The notes under the pieces: model-generated
Databases searched by the model: none
Told to the model about the DNA's origin: nothing
What the model saw: the letters and a program-made list of their open reading frames with translations, nothing else
Assembly (NCBI GenBank): GCA_001770205.1
Contig: MEQL01000055.1
Coordinates: 1-64,000, forward strand
Direction: 5' to 3'
From: Bdellovibrionales bacterium RIFOXYD12_FULL_39_22
GTDB lineage: Bacteria > Bdellovibrionota > Bacteriovoracia > Bacteriovoracales > Bacteriovoracaceae
Length of the DNA: 64,000 nucleotides
Part shown: positions 1 through 9,396 of the stretch, piece by piece
How the letters are laid out: each line of letters opens with the position of its first letter
How positions within the stretch are numbered: the first letter of the stretch is position 1
Translations under genes and position numbers: made by a program

Positions 1-1
1 A

Positions 2-436
2 CTTCAAGGACTTGTGGCCCATAAAAAAACCAAACTCTCCACCGAAGATTTATTAGATCAAATGTTAGATGAGGCCATCAAAAAAGCGGAAGCGGAAAAA
101 TTTTGCGCGAAGGCCGCAAAAACTTCTGCAAGAACAGAAGTAGTAAAAGAAAAAAATGATGAAGGGGCCAAAAACAGATCGCGCTATATCCCGGCCTCGG
201 TGAAACGAGAAGTTTATAAAAGGGCCCAGGGCAAATGTGAAAATTGCGGATCATATCATGCCCTTGAATTTGATCACGTTATCGCGTGGGGCATGGGGGG
301 GCAAACTAATACTGACTCGATGAAAATTTTGTGCAAAAGTTGCAACCAAAGACATGCGATAATCGATTACGGAATTAACAAAATGGAAAAGTACTTTGCC
401 AGGCAAGGTCGTGCAGGCCAGATACCCTTGAGCTAA
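2..436 (+). CDS. HNH endonuclease domain protein (5' partial)
   Basis: RYIPASVKREVYKRAQGKCENC...LEFDHVIAWGMGGQT...ILCKSCNQRH is a CxxC-HNH-CxxC motif; the frame is open back to the window start (LQGLVAHKK). Confidence 0.85.
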   Translation, partial: LQGLVAHKKTKLSTEDLLDQMLDEAIKKAEAEKFCAKAAKTSARTEVVKEKNDEGAKNRSRYIPASVKREVYKRAQGKCENCGSYHALEFDHVIAWGMGGQTNTDSMKILCKSCNQRHAIIDYGINKMEKYFARQGRAGQIPLS

Positions 437-689
437 CCTCGCCTGCACTTATTAAATTTTGAAGGCCATGACAATTACCAAAGCAAAACAATCAGAGATA
501 AGAAATAGTAGCTGTTTTTATGAAAACAGCGCGAAAAATATTTTGAACAAACTAACTTTTGAGAGGGAAGATTAATCAACCGGGAATTGCTGCAATTTAT
601 TCAGAACATTTGGACAAATCGCTTTCTCTGGCGAAAGTAAAATGCCAAAAAAAATACATTACCCGAGCAACAATGTCTGGTTATCAACT

Positions 690-721
690 AAATTATTTGA
701 AAAAGGAATTTCCCATAGATA
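690..721 (+). repeat. Direct repeat copy 1 (32 bp, 22-bp exact core AAAAAGGAATTTCCCATAGATA)
   Basis: aaattat-ttg-aaaaaggaatttcccatagata matches 2172-2203 at 29 of 32 positions. Confidence 0.85.
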
Positions 722-858
722 CTGAGAAATGTGGGGAGAAGTAGTGGCGATTTAAGGGATGAATAAATGTATTGTGTCAATTATTTTTCCATACACCTCT
801 GTCGTAGGAAAGGGAATCAATTTTTTAAAACATTTAATTTTTTGAAATTTTTTGAAAT

Positions 859-885
859 TCAAAAAAAATCGTATTTTTCCGATAT
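859..885 (+). promoter_or_regulatory. sigma28/FliA-like promoter, probably leaderless
   Basis: TCAA-N15-TCCGATAT, with ATG 893 following 7 nt after the -10 box. Confidence 0.55.
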
Positions 886-892
886 TTTAAAT

Positions 893-1990
893 ATGAAAGT
901 ATTGTTGAATAGGTACTTTACTGAGAAAAGGGCGGTCATTCTCTGTATAACAATGATGAGCGCTTTATTTGTTCCCTTCTGTGGTTTAGCAGGGGAGATA
1001 AGTACTTGCATCTTAGCAGTAATGGCCTCATTGCAAAGAGATCTCAAAACGGCGGGGAACCACGGTCAAGTTCATGCTGCCAGACTTCATCCGTCCTCAG
1101 TCATTTACTCAAAAGAAATCCCCGCAAATCAACTGGGTTACAAAACAGGTCTCAGAAATCCAAGTACACTCAGTGCCGAAACGCTTTATCAGAGGATGAA
1201 AGTGATTCCAGAAGTGACGGACATCCAGATTACCTCTACGATTGTTACTTCGGATCTTAAATCAGCAGAAAATGGGGTTGTCCGCCTTGCCTATCTCAAA
1301 GATGGTCGTCCGGTAGTGGTGAAGACACTTATGAAGGATTCCATTGATCCTCTTAAGCAAATGCATGAGGCCAAAGGAGCATTCTTGCTTTCAGAACTGG
1401 GTATCTTTCCCACCTTTCATGGAATATATAAAGCGGACGGAAATTTCAGCCTAGTGATGGATATTTTTCCGGGAGATTTGTTTCTGGGCCCACAGATGCC
1501 TTCACTCCATTTTCTGAAGCAGTATGCTGAAGTCATAAAACGTTTTTCTGCAGTTAATATCAATCGTCTTCCGGATCAGGAAATACTATTTCAGGTGATG
1601 AAATCTGCTCAAGATGAGATTTCAGTCATCGACGCGGATGGGTTTTACGAAGTATTTATCCGAGGGAACCCGCAACTTAGGGCCCATTGGAAACGTCCCA
1701 ACTGGCAGGCAAGAGACTATGATGAGTTTCAGCAGCTCTCTAATGAACAAGCCGAATTTGATGAAAAGCAGATAAAATCGATACCGAGATTCTCGTGGGG
1801 CAAGCAACTGGCATCGCTGGTACTAAGCGCTAAGGAAGATGATGCTGCACAGTTTCTGGTAGAACTAAAAGCGGATGCCGGTGGTATCTTGTGGCAGTAT
1901 ACTGTTCAAGAATTAAGAAACGAAGTCGACTTATGGAAACGGCCTGTTTCGGAGAAGGTGAAGGCCCTGATCTATGGCACGAAGAAGTGA
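893..1990 (+). CDS. Secreted atypical protein-kinase-like protein
   Basis: N-terminal hydrophobic signal-like segment; kinase N-lobe motifs GVVRLAYLKDGRPVVVKTL, HEAKG, FPTFHGIY, LVMDIFPG and VIDAD (DFG-like); no canonical HRDL. Start moved from 767 to ATG 893 on the promoter evidence. Confidence 0.6.
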   Translation: MKVLLNRYFTEKRAVILCITMMSALFVPFCGLAGEISTCILAVMASLQRDLKTAGNHGQVHAARLHPSSVIYSKEIPANQLGYKTGLRNPSTLSAETLYQRMKVIPEVTDIQITSTIVTSDLKSAENGVVRLAYLKDGRPVVVKTLMKDSIDPLKQMHEAKGAFLLSELGIFPTFHGIYKADGNFSLVMDIFPGDLFLGPQMPSLHFLKQYAEVIKRFSAVNINRLPDQEILFQVMKSAQDEISVIDADGFYEVFIRGNPQLRAHWKRPNWQARDYDEFQQLSNEQAEFDEKQIKSIPRFSWGKQLASLVLSAKEDDAAQFLVELKADAGGILWQYTVQELRNEVDLWKRPVSEKVKALIYGTKK

Positions 1991-2171
1991 TGAGAGTTCG
2001 ATCGTCTTACTGGGCAAAATAGATAGTAGCTACCACCGCCTTCAGCAGTAAAACCAACGTTGAATTGATTTAAGAGATCGCCACTAAAACCGACATCTCG
2101 TGATTGATCTTGCTTAAAAAAACTGCACAAAAAGTAGTCTGCTTATCTGAGTGTTTCACTCTGACTATGCC

Positions 2172-2203
2172 AAATTATGCCAAAAAGGAATTTCCCATAG
2201 ATA
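2172..2203 (+). repeat. Direct repeat copy 2
   Basis: aaattat-gcc-aaaaaggaatttcccatagata; pairs with 690-721. Confidence 0.85.
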
Positions 2204-2342
2204 TAAAAAAGTTGAAGATAGAATTAAATTTAACCCAGCAAACGATTTAAAAGAATCCGCAGGCAGAAAATAAAAAAAAGGATTACTACAGTTCTCAGGC
2301 AATCATAAATCTAAAGAAAAATGAAAATGGCCGCGATGGCAC

Positions 2343-3365
2343 TTATATCTTAAAACGCGAATGATAGATTTTTTCTAAAGCATCTGAGGCCTTGCGATAG
2401 TTGCCACTATAAAATTTTTCTTTTATTAACTCGACGATTCGATCCATTTTTTCTTGCTTAAAATCTTCCTGGTAACTTTGATCAAACATCTGTTCAATGA
2501 AATAATTGGCAATAATATAGATGGCCGTAAGCACGGTTACACTGCCATAATTAACTCCATGTGGATATCCCTTTCCATTCGGTCTTTCGTGATGTTCGCG
2601 AATAATCGCCAAAGTCTCTTTTGAAATAAAATCTCTTTCATTTTGTAAACGCAAAGCGATATTAAGGGGATGATCTAAAATCTTTTTTGAAAGCTCAGTT
2701 ATATTATTTTTCTTCTCTCGCATCTCCTTAAAATCTTCTGGCGATAGCGTGACGTCGCAAAGCAGTGCTCCTAAAACAATTTTTTGTTTCACTTCTGAAT
2801 TGCACCAAGAAAATTCTTCGGCCATGGCACAGGCCAAATAACTAGAAAGCAGCGCATGCAAATATTCACCGCTACAATTGGCCTTAAACTCCGCATACTT
2901 TTCAAAAATATCAATCTTGGCAATCGAGTTGGCAGTTTCCGAGGTTAGTTCTTTGGCCAAGGCAATCGTGTCGGCATTAATATATCCCTCATTAAAAGAA
3001 ACTTTTATTACATCATGCACTACACTTAATTGGCCGAGTTGTTGCGCCGGGCCTGCTGCTTCTGCGCTCCTTATTTTACTTGTCAATATCTGACGAATGG
3101 AAGAGACAAAGCTAACATAATCCTCCGTCTCTAAGTACATATCGATTATGCCTTTGGCCTTATATTTTTCAATTATGCTTTTGCTGTACGCTTGACTATC
3201 TTCTCGCTTACAAACTTTTACAAATTTTTGTTGGGATAGGCGCAAAAAAATATCTATCTGAAAATCACTGGCGTACAACTCCAATGCTTTAATGTTAATT
3301 TTAGTATATTGCGCTCTCTCTGGAGGCGCTTCCGGAGCAATACTTTTTTGAATTTCATCACTCAT
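2343..3365 (-). CDS. HD-GYP domain protein (degenerate HD motif)
   Basis: HHERPNGKGYPHG signature present; the HD dyad reads LLCDV. Confidence 0.85.
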   Translation of the reverse strand: MSDEIQKSIAPEAPPERAQYTKINIKALELYASDFQIDIFLRLSQQKFVKVCKREDSQAYSKSIIEKYKAKGIIDMYLETEDYVSFVSSIRQILTSKIRSAEAAGPAQQLGQLSVVHDVIKVSFNEGYINADTIALAKELTSETANSIAKIDIFEKYAEFKANCSGEYLHALLSSYLACAMAEEFSWCNSEVKQKIVLGALLCDVTLSPEDFKEMREKKNNITELSKKILDHPLNIALRLQNERDFISKETLAIIREHHERPNGKGYPHGVNYGSVTVLTAIYIIANYFIEQMFDQSYQEDFKQEKMDRIVELIKEKFYSGNYRKASDALEKIYHSRFKI

Positions 3366-3383
3366 ATTTTTTATAAGATTAAA

Positions 3384-5819
3384 TTAATCTTTCTTTTCTT
3401 CGCCATCAAAAGGAGTTTCTGAAATCGGTACTGTAAACTTACACTTGGGACATTGCAGAGATTTTCCATTTTTCTTTGACTCTTTTGTTCCCATAACTGG
3501 ATATCCACATTTTTTACATTTAAACTTTTTAGGCATTGTCCACATAGCGTTATTACAATTTGGATAATTGGAACAACCATAGAAAATTTTTCCATACCGA
3601 CTCTGCTTTTCGGTAAATTGCCCTACTTTACACTCTGGACAACTTACATCCAAAACATAGGGCAAAGCTGTTTTGCAGTTTGGATACTCCTCGCAGGCCA
3701 AAAAACGGCCATACTTACCACGCTTAACCACCATGCGCTTACCACAGGTAGGGCAAGTACTATCCGCATATTTTTTAGGAATAATTTCATAACTACCATC
3801 TAAGTGTTTTTTAAAATCCTCAGTCGATGTACATTCGGGATAATTTGAGCAAGCAAAAAATTGCCCATTTTTTCCCCACTTAATAAAATACTCACCCGTT
3901 TTACACTTTAGACATTTTACATTAGTGGGAATCTGCTGTTTTTTGAGATTTTTCATCTCCTCTTTGGCCTTATCCAAAGTCTTCTCAAAAGGTTTCCAAA
4001 AATCCTTCAATACTTTTTTGTACTTAACTTCACCCTCTTCAATCTGATCAAGAAGCTCTTCTACCTTTGCCGTAAAGGCGACATCCATAATTTCCGGAAA
4101 ACTCTCTACCAACATTTTGCAAACAACCAATCCCAATTCGCTGGGAAAAAACTTATTTTCCATTTTTTCTACATATCCACGATCTTGGATATTTGAAATA
4201 ATTGCTGCATAAGTTGATGGACGGCCAATTCCCTGCTCCTCTAATTCCTTAACTAGCGATGCTTCATTATAGCGAGGAGGTGGTGCGGTCCAATGTTCTT
4301 TTGATTCAGTAGCACCATTGGCCTTTATACTATCCCCTACTTTAAAATCTGGCAGAATGTTATCATCCTCTTTGCCCTCACCATAAGAATCAAGATATAT
4401 GGTACGAAAGCCGGGAAACTTTATTACAGAACCATTGGCCCGAAAAATGTGTCCACCACATTCGAAAGTGACTACCGTTTGATCAATGATCGACTGACTC
4501 ATCTGACTGGCCAAATATTTATTCCAAATCAACGTATATAGATTCAATTCATCTTTAGATAAATCACCTTTGACATCATCAGGACTAAGATCCAAGCTGG
4601 TTGGGCGGATGGCCTCATGGGCGTCCTGAACTTTTCCTGCTCCTTTTTTGCGTGTATACATAATTGGCGATAATGCTAAATAATCTGCTCCGTAACTCTT
4701 TTTTATATGGGCCCGAAGTGCATTAAGCGCCTCCGGCTCTGTTCTCACCGAATCAGTTCTCATATAAGTAATCAAACCTTGCATCCCTTGCTTGGTTAAT
4801 TGAATACCCTCATATAATTTCTGCGCCACCATCATGGTTCTTTGCGCAGTAAAACCTAATTTATTGGCCGCATCCTGCTGCAATTTGGAAGTGGTAAAAG
4901 GTGGTGAGGGATTTTGCTTTCGTTCTTTCTTGGAAACATCGACAATACTAAACTTATTTCCGCTTTTCTCCACATCCTTTAAAATCTTTTTAACCTCTTT
5001 GATATCTAATAATTCACCTTTTTCATCGTTATTTTTTCCGTAATAGAGGGCCTCAAAACTCTTCCCACCTTTGGCCATCGGGGCATGAATGGAAAACCAC
5101 TGCGTCGGCACAAATTTTTTAACTTCCGCTTCTCGCTCGGTAATGATTCGTAAGGCAACCGACTGAACCCTTCCCGCGGACAATCCTCGCTGAACTTTTT
5201 CCCAGAGAATTGGAGAAATTTTGTATCCGACCAGACGATCAAGAATTCGTCGCGTTTTTTGAGAGTCATATTTAAATTGATTAAGTTCCGTTGGATGATC
5301 AATGGCCGCTTTAACCGCCTGCTTGGTAACGGCATTAAAAAGAACGCGATAGATGCTTTTCTTTTTTCCCAGCTCTTCTGAAATGTGATAGGCGATGGCC
5401 TCTCCTTCGCGATCCGGGTCAGGTGCCAAATAAATTTTAGTCGCAGACTTGGCCAACTGCTGAATCTTTAAAATTTTATCTTTTTTCCCTGTTATGGGAA
5501 CTAGTTCCATCGAAAAATCATCTTTTACATCTACACCCAATTTGGATTTTGGCAAATCTTTGATATGGCCATTAGACGCCACCACTTGATATCCGCGCCC
5601 TAAATATTTTTTTATAGTCTTTGCCTTAGAAGGAGACTCCACCACCACTAAATCATAGGCCGCTCCTTTTATTGGCGCATCCTCCCCTTCATCATGTTTG
5701 CTTGATTTGACGGCCTTCTTATTAATTTTTCCGTGGCCTTTGAGTTTTGTCTGTTTGATATTTTTTACAATCTTTGGCACATTGGATGTTTTTGAAATTT
5801 TCTTAGAAATTGTTGTCAT
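3384..5819 (-). CDS. topA: DNA topoisomerase I (type IA) with C-terminal Zn ribbons
   Basis: VVESPSKAKTI, DPDREGE, SAGRVQS, ITYMRTDS, AHEAIRPT, GIGRPSTYA and several C4 zinc ribbons. Confidence 0.98.
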   Translation of the reverse strand: MTTISKKISKTSNVPKIVKNIKQTKLKGHGKINKKAVKSSKHDEGEDAPIKGAAYDLVVVESPSKAKTIKKYLGRGYQVVASNGHIKDLPKSKLGVDVKDDFSMELVPITGKKDKILKIQQLAKSATKIYLAPDPDREGEAIAYHISEELGKKKSIYRVLFNAVTKQAVKAAIDHPTELNQFKYDSQKTRRILDRLVGYKISPILWEKVQRGLSAGRVQSVALRIITEREAEVKKFVPTQWFSIHAPMAKGGKSFEALYYGKNNDEKGELLDIKEVKKILKDVEKSGNKFSIVDVSKKERKQNPSPPFTTSKLQQDAANKLGFTAQRTMMVAQKLYEGIQLTKQGMQGLITYMRTDSVRTEPEALNALRAHIKKSYGADYLALSPIMYTRKKGAGKVQDAHEAIRPTSLDLSPDDVKGDLSKDELNLYTLIWNKYLASQMSQSIIDQTVVTFECGGHIFRANGSVIKFPGFRTIYLDSYGEGKEDDNILPDFKVGDSIKANGATESKEHWTAPPPRYNEASLVKELEEQGIGRPSTYAAIISNIQDRGYVEKMENKFFPSELGLVVCKMLVESFPEIMDVAFTAKVEELLDQIEEGEVKYKKVLKDFWKPFEKTLDKAKEEMKNLKKQQIPTNVKCLKCKTGEYFIKWGKNGQFFACSNYPECTSTEDFKKHLDGSYEIIPKKYADSTCPTCGKRMVVKRGKYGRFLACEEYPNCKTALPYVLDVSCPECKVGQFTEKQSRYGKIFYGCSNYPNCNNAMWTMPKKFKCKKCGYPVMGTKESKKNGKSLQCPKCKFTVPISETPFDGEEKKD

Positions 5820-5943
5820 TGAAAAAGTTCCTCTATAACGCTAGCATTTGATTCTATTTTGCACGAGATGCATTAACCATTATGTTTGCGAAGTTGATAG
5901 TTCGTCAACCGGAATAAAAAACCCGCAGAAACAATGAACAAAT

Positions 5944-8190
5944 TTATTTGGCCAAGGAGGGATCTGATTTTAATAACTCATCAATTTCCTCAAGATCAAA
6001 TTCCGTTAATCCGTACGGGTTATCCTTTGAATTAAGATCTTGATCAAGATATTGCACTCCAGATTCACTTTCAATATCGTCTAGTGACATGAAGGCATCT
6101 GCAGGGGCCTCTTGCGCACTTTTCTCTACTGTATCCAAATTCTCTTGTTCAAGTAATTTATCTTCGTCAACTTTATATTCTTTACTCTTTGTCTCAATAT
6201 TTTCTAATTCTTTTTCCAATCGCTCTAATTCTTGTAAGTCAGATTCGTGATCTTTTATAATAGATTTTTCTCGCTCTTGTCTATCCAATTCCTCTAACTC
6301 ATCCTCTGACAACTTAACTTTGTCGGCCTTGTCCAGCAAATCTTCCGAGATATCATCCAAATTTAATTCCACATCTAATTCATCCAACACTCCCGACTCT
6401 ACTAACTTTCCATCTTTATTTACCAACTTGTTCTTCATTCTCTGCTCTCGTGCAACCTGTTCTGCTGTTTTGGTAATTGCAATAGTTCCCATTTTCATCG
6501 CATGTGAACTATTAGTTATTAAGGCCGTTGAAAAATTATCAGTGACAGTAATAACTGTTACCTCTCCCGTTTTATAGGCCGGAAGGGCAGAGATCTTTTT
6601 CCCAGTACCTCGATCATAAAAATCATAAGTTTCAAAAACAGTTCCAAGCTCTACACCATCAGCGCGGCCACGATCCAGATACACAACATCCCCCGCCGAA
6701 AAGATTGTCTGATCACGAGGAGAGTCCATGAAGGCAGCCTCAATATGACGTTTATTAAAATACTTTACCACTTTATTTATTTTACTCATGTAAAGCGTTA
6801 CGCGATCACCACGCGTAACAACTCCAGATATATCATCTACCTCGCACTCCCAAAGATCATTAATCGGACGAATAGTTTTTAATTGTGCAGTAATCGTGTA
6901 ACGATATCCGGATCGATCAGAAATAGGATGTGACGATTTTCCATGGGCCGAGTAAGAAGAATACATGTCCCCTGGGCGAATTTTGGTGCCACGATCAAAC
7001 TTAACAAAAATATGATCTGCTTTGTGGATAAACGTTCTTTCATTAGGAATTGCTGAAATTTTTCCGACATCCGCCAAGATATTGGAGGTAATAAAAGTAT
7101 TAAGGTAGTACCCTTCGCTAAAATCAAATTTTACTTTGGAAAATTTATCAAATCCAGAAGGATCATACTCCACTCCCGGTTCTTTAATAGTGATATCCGT
7201 TACTGGAGGTTGATAGCTATTGTACTCCTTTACCAAACTTTTATCTCCACGTGTTTTTAGATCATCGTAGGTAGATTCTGAGGCATACTGAAAATATACC
7301 CCTTGATCAATCAATTTTTTACGCTCATCCGACCAGGCCGCACCATCCCCAAGTTCTCCGAATTGACTTAGATCCTGTAGGCCATTGGCAGGCGCACTTG
7401 TTTCTTCTTTCCCATCGAGGCCATTGACACTAACTTGTGGTAGAGTATCCGCAGTTCCAGTGTCAAATGCCAATTCCATTCCTGGTTCAATTTGATGAGG
7501 ATTAGTTATTGTAGGATTTAATGACCAAATTTTTGAATAATAAAATCCTGAACCAAAAAGCTTTTCCGAAATTTTCCACAGCCAATCACCTTTTTGAACA
7601 ATATACTTCTCACTTTTTGACTGCATTGCAATCTCATCCCACTCTTTGCTGGAAATCTTGCCTGAAACAAATTTCGACAACTCTAGCAGTTGCCTCTCCT
7701 CATCTCCCACATCAAAAATTTCAATTTCCTCTTTTTTCTTTTCTCCCTCTTCATTAACGATGACAACTTCGTTACTACTTTTTTCTACTTCTAATGCCGT
7801 GGCCGTTGCCTCCGTTGTTGATTCTAGGGAGTCTGTTGGTTTTGTATCAACGACGGTTGTTGCATCCGGCGCCAAAGCTTCACTCTCTTTAGTAGCATCA
7901 CCAATATCATTTTTTATTGATTCCAAATCATCAATTTCTTCTATGGTCGAAATATTCAAATCCTCATCTCGGGCCTTTTTCATCCGTTCTTCGTGTTGCT
8001 CTAAAATTTTGTCATCTTCAGCATCTAATAATTCCAATCCACCCTTTTCAACGATAGTGGTTCCACTAGCGATGCTATCGATTAATTCTCCCTCCATATC
8101 AGCGGAACTATCTTGGGCCCAAGAAAATTCAAGTGGAACAGCGATGAACGCCAATAGAAAAACAGACGGAATAAAAAATTTTATGGCCAT
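5944..8190 (-). CDS. LysM peptidoglycan-binding domain protein with acidic extensions
   Basis: Signal peptide; YIVQKGDWLWKISEKLFGSGFYYSKIWSLNPTITNPHQIEPG (LysM); GDVVYLDRGRADGVELG (FlgT C-terminal-like); D/E-rich termini. Confidence 0.85.
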   Translation of the reverse strand: MAIKFFIPSVFLLAFIAVPLEFSWAQDSSADMEGELIDSIASGTTIVEKGGLELLDAEDDKILEQHEERMKKARDEDLNISTIEEIDDLESIKNDIGDATKESEALAPDATTVVDTKPTDSLESTTEATATALEVEKSSNEVVIVNEEGEKKKEEIEIFDVGDEERQLLELSKFVSGKISSKEWDEIAMQSKSEKYIVQKGDWLWKISEKLFGSGFYYSKIWSLNPTITNPHQIEPGMELAFDTGTADTLPQVSVNGLDGKEETSAPANGLQDLSQFGELGDGAAWSDERKKLIDQGVYFQYASESTYDDLKTRGDKSLVKEYNSYQPPVTDITIKEPGVEYDPSGFDKFSKVKFDFSEGYYLNTFITSNILADVGKISAIPNERTFIHKADHIFVKFDRGTKIRPGDMYSSYSAHGKSSHPISDRSGYRYTITAQLKTIRPINDLWECEVDDISGVVTRGDRVTLYMSKINKVVKYFNKRHIEAAFMDSPRDQTIFSAGDVVYLDRGRADGVELGTVFETYDFYDRGTGKKISALPAYKTGEVTVITVTDNFSTALITNSSHAMKMGTIAITKTAEQVAREQRMKNKLVNKDGKLVESGVLDELDVELNLDDISEDLLDKADKVKLSEDELEELDRQEREKSIIKDHESDLQELERLEKELENIETKSKEYKVDEDKLLEQENLDTVEKSAQEAPADAFMSLDDIESESGVQYLDQDLNSKDNPYGLTEFDLEEIDELLKSDPSLAK

Positions 8191-8214
8191 CCTCTCTTAA
8201 AATCCTTTCAAAAG

Positions 8215-8970
8215 TTATGACGCCTCAAAAAACTTCATAAGCACCGAGTAGTATTGCTCCTGCTTCTTACCCAGTTTTAATTTATTACTACACTCAATAA
8301 GCCGGCCTAGAGTTTTTAACACCACTCCAGAAAAGGCATAATTAGCAATAATATCTTCGTAGACTTGCATGGCCAAATCGTACTCCTGTTGAAAAAACAA
8401 CATCTCTCCCACTTGATATTTGGCCCGTACTTTTATCTGTAAAACTGAAGAATTTTCTAAATCTTTTAAATACCCAATGGCCTGATTAAATTTCTTTTGC
8501 TCAACTAGCTTCAAGGCCTTACGCAATTGAACAATCTGGGTCTCCACTGTCAAACTATCCAAATTGGCCGCTGGAGCAATTTTTTGATTGGCCCCACTGC
8601 CATCAGAAAAAACGTCCACTGTATCATTTAAGGCGACACCATTAGAATTTACCAGATCATCTTTCAAAGCAGATAACTTATCGCTGGGCGGATATTTCTT
8701 ATTCTCTACACCACTTTCCGCCTCGGCATCAACGACCACTTCGCCATCACTCTCTTTTTCTCTAACTACTTTTAGCAATTTCTCGTACTTCGTCATCAAT
8801 TGATCGTACTGCACTTTGGGTACGGTCTCCACTGTCTGCGCTTCTCCCTCTTTGCCAACCTCTGATGACCTATTGAACAAGCTACAACTAAAAAGCAATG
8901 GTAGTACTAACGTTACCAATATAACTCTCACTCTAAGCGTAAAAAATAGATTTAAAAAAAGTCTTGCCAC
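8215..8970 (-). CDS. TPR lipoprotein (CpoB/YbgF-like)
   Basis: Lipobox LLFSC; C-terminal TPR AKYQVGEMLFFQQEYDLAMQVYEDII. Confidence 0.7.
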   Translation of the reverse strand: MARLFLNLFFTLRVRVILVTLVLPLLFSCSLFNRSSEVGKEGEAQTVETVPKVQYDQLMTKYEKLLKVVREKESDGEVVVDAEAESGVENKKYPPSDKLSALKDDLVNSNGVALNDTVDVFSDGSGANQKIAPAANLDSLTVETQIVQLRKALKLVEQKKFNQAIGYLKDLENSSVLQIKVRAKYQVGEMLFFQQEYDLAMQVYEDIIANYAFSGVVLKTLGRLIECSNKLKLGKKQEQYYSVLMKFFEAS

Positions 8971-9102
8971 AAATCACTCTTCCTTGATGACGGACAAAAT
9001 CACTTGACTTATAATCCATTCTAATGGAAGTCTAAATTAAGTCAATGGGTATGAATTTCAAATTAATTCTCCATGATTGTCGCAAAAAATAGGAGAGATA
9101 TT

Positions 9103-9396
9103 TTGTCTACTACACTTATAAGCAGCAACAAACTTTTAGTAAAAATTATCATCCGCCTGCATAAAAATAATTCGGCCTTTGTCTATTTTACTTTGGAGGC
9201 CAATGAAGGAATTTCTTTTTATTCCACTCTCGATTCCTCTCCAGATGATCAGTTTCGTGAAATTGAAATGTTCTGTGATCAAAGTTTAGAAGCAGAACTT
9301 TTACATATCCTAGATAAATTAAAGGAAAAATTTCCCATTGAAATATTAGAACACTCCACTATTTCGGATAACTTCACTCATGCAAACAACCTCTGA
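9103..9396 (+). CDS. DUF4911-like small protein
   Basis: SAFVYFTLEANEGISFYSTL motif; TTG 9103 follows AGGAG (alternative start ATG 9073). Confidence 0.65.
   Translation: MSTTLISSNKLLVKIIIRLHKNNSAFVYFTLEANEGISFYSTLDSSPDDQFREIEMFCDQSLEAELLHILDKLKEKFPIEILEHSTISDNFTHANNL

Noticed and set aside
559..744. 61-aa ORF ending in the direct repeat
   Set aside because: Weak TTG start and no recognisable motif; probably a gene remnant, covered under the repeat finding.
6320..8200. Plus-strand Ser-rich ORFs (for example 7646-8200)
   Set aside because: Antisense shadows of the acidic LysM gene.
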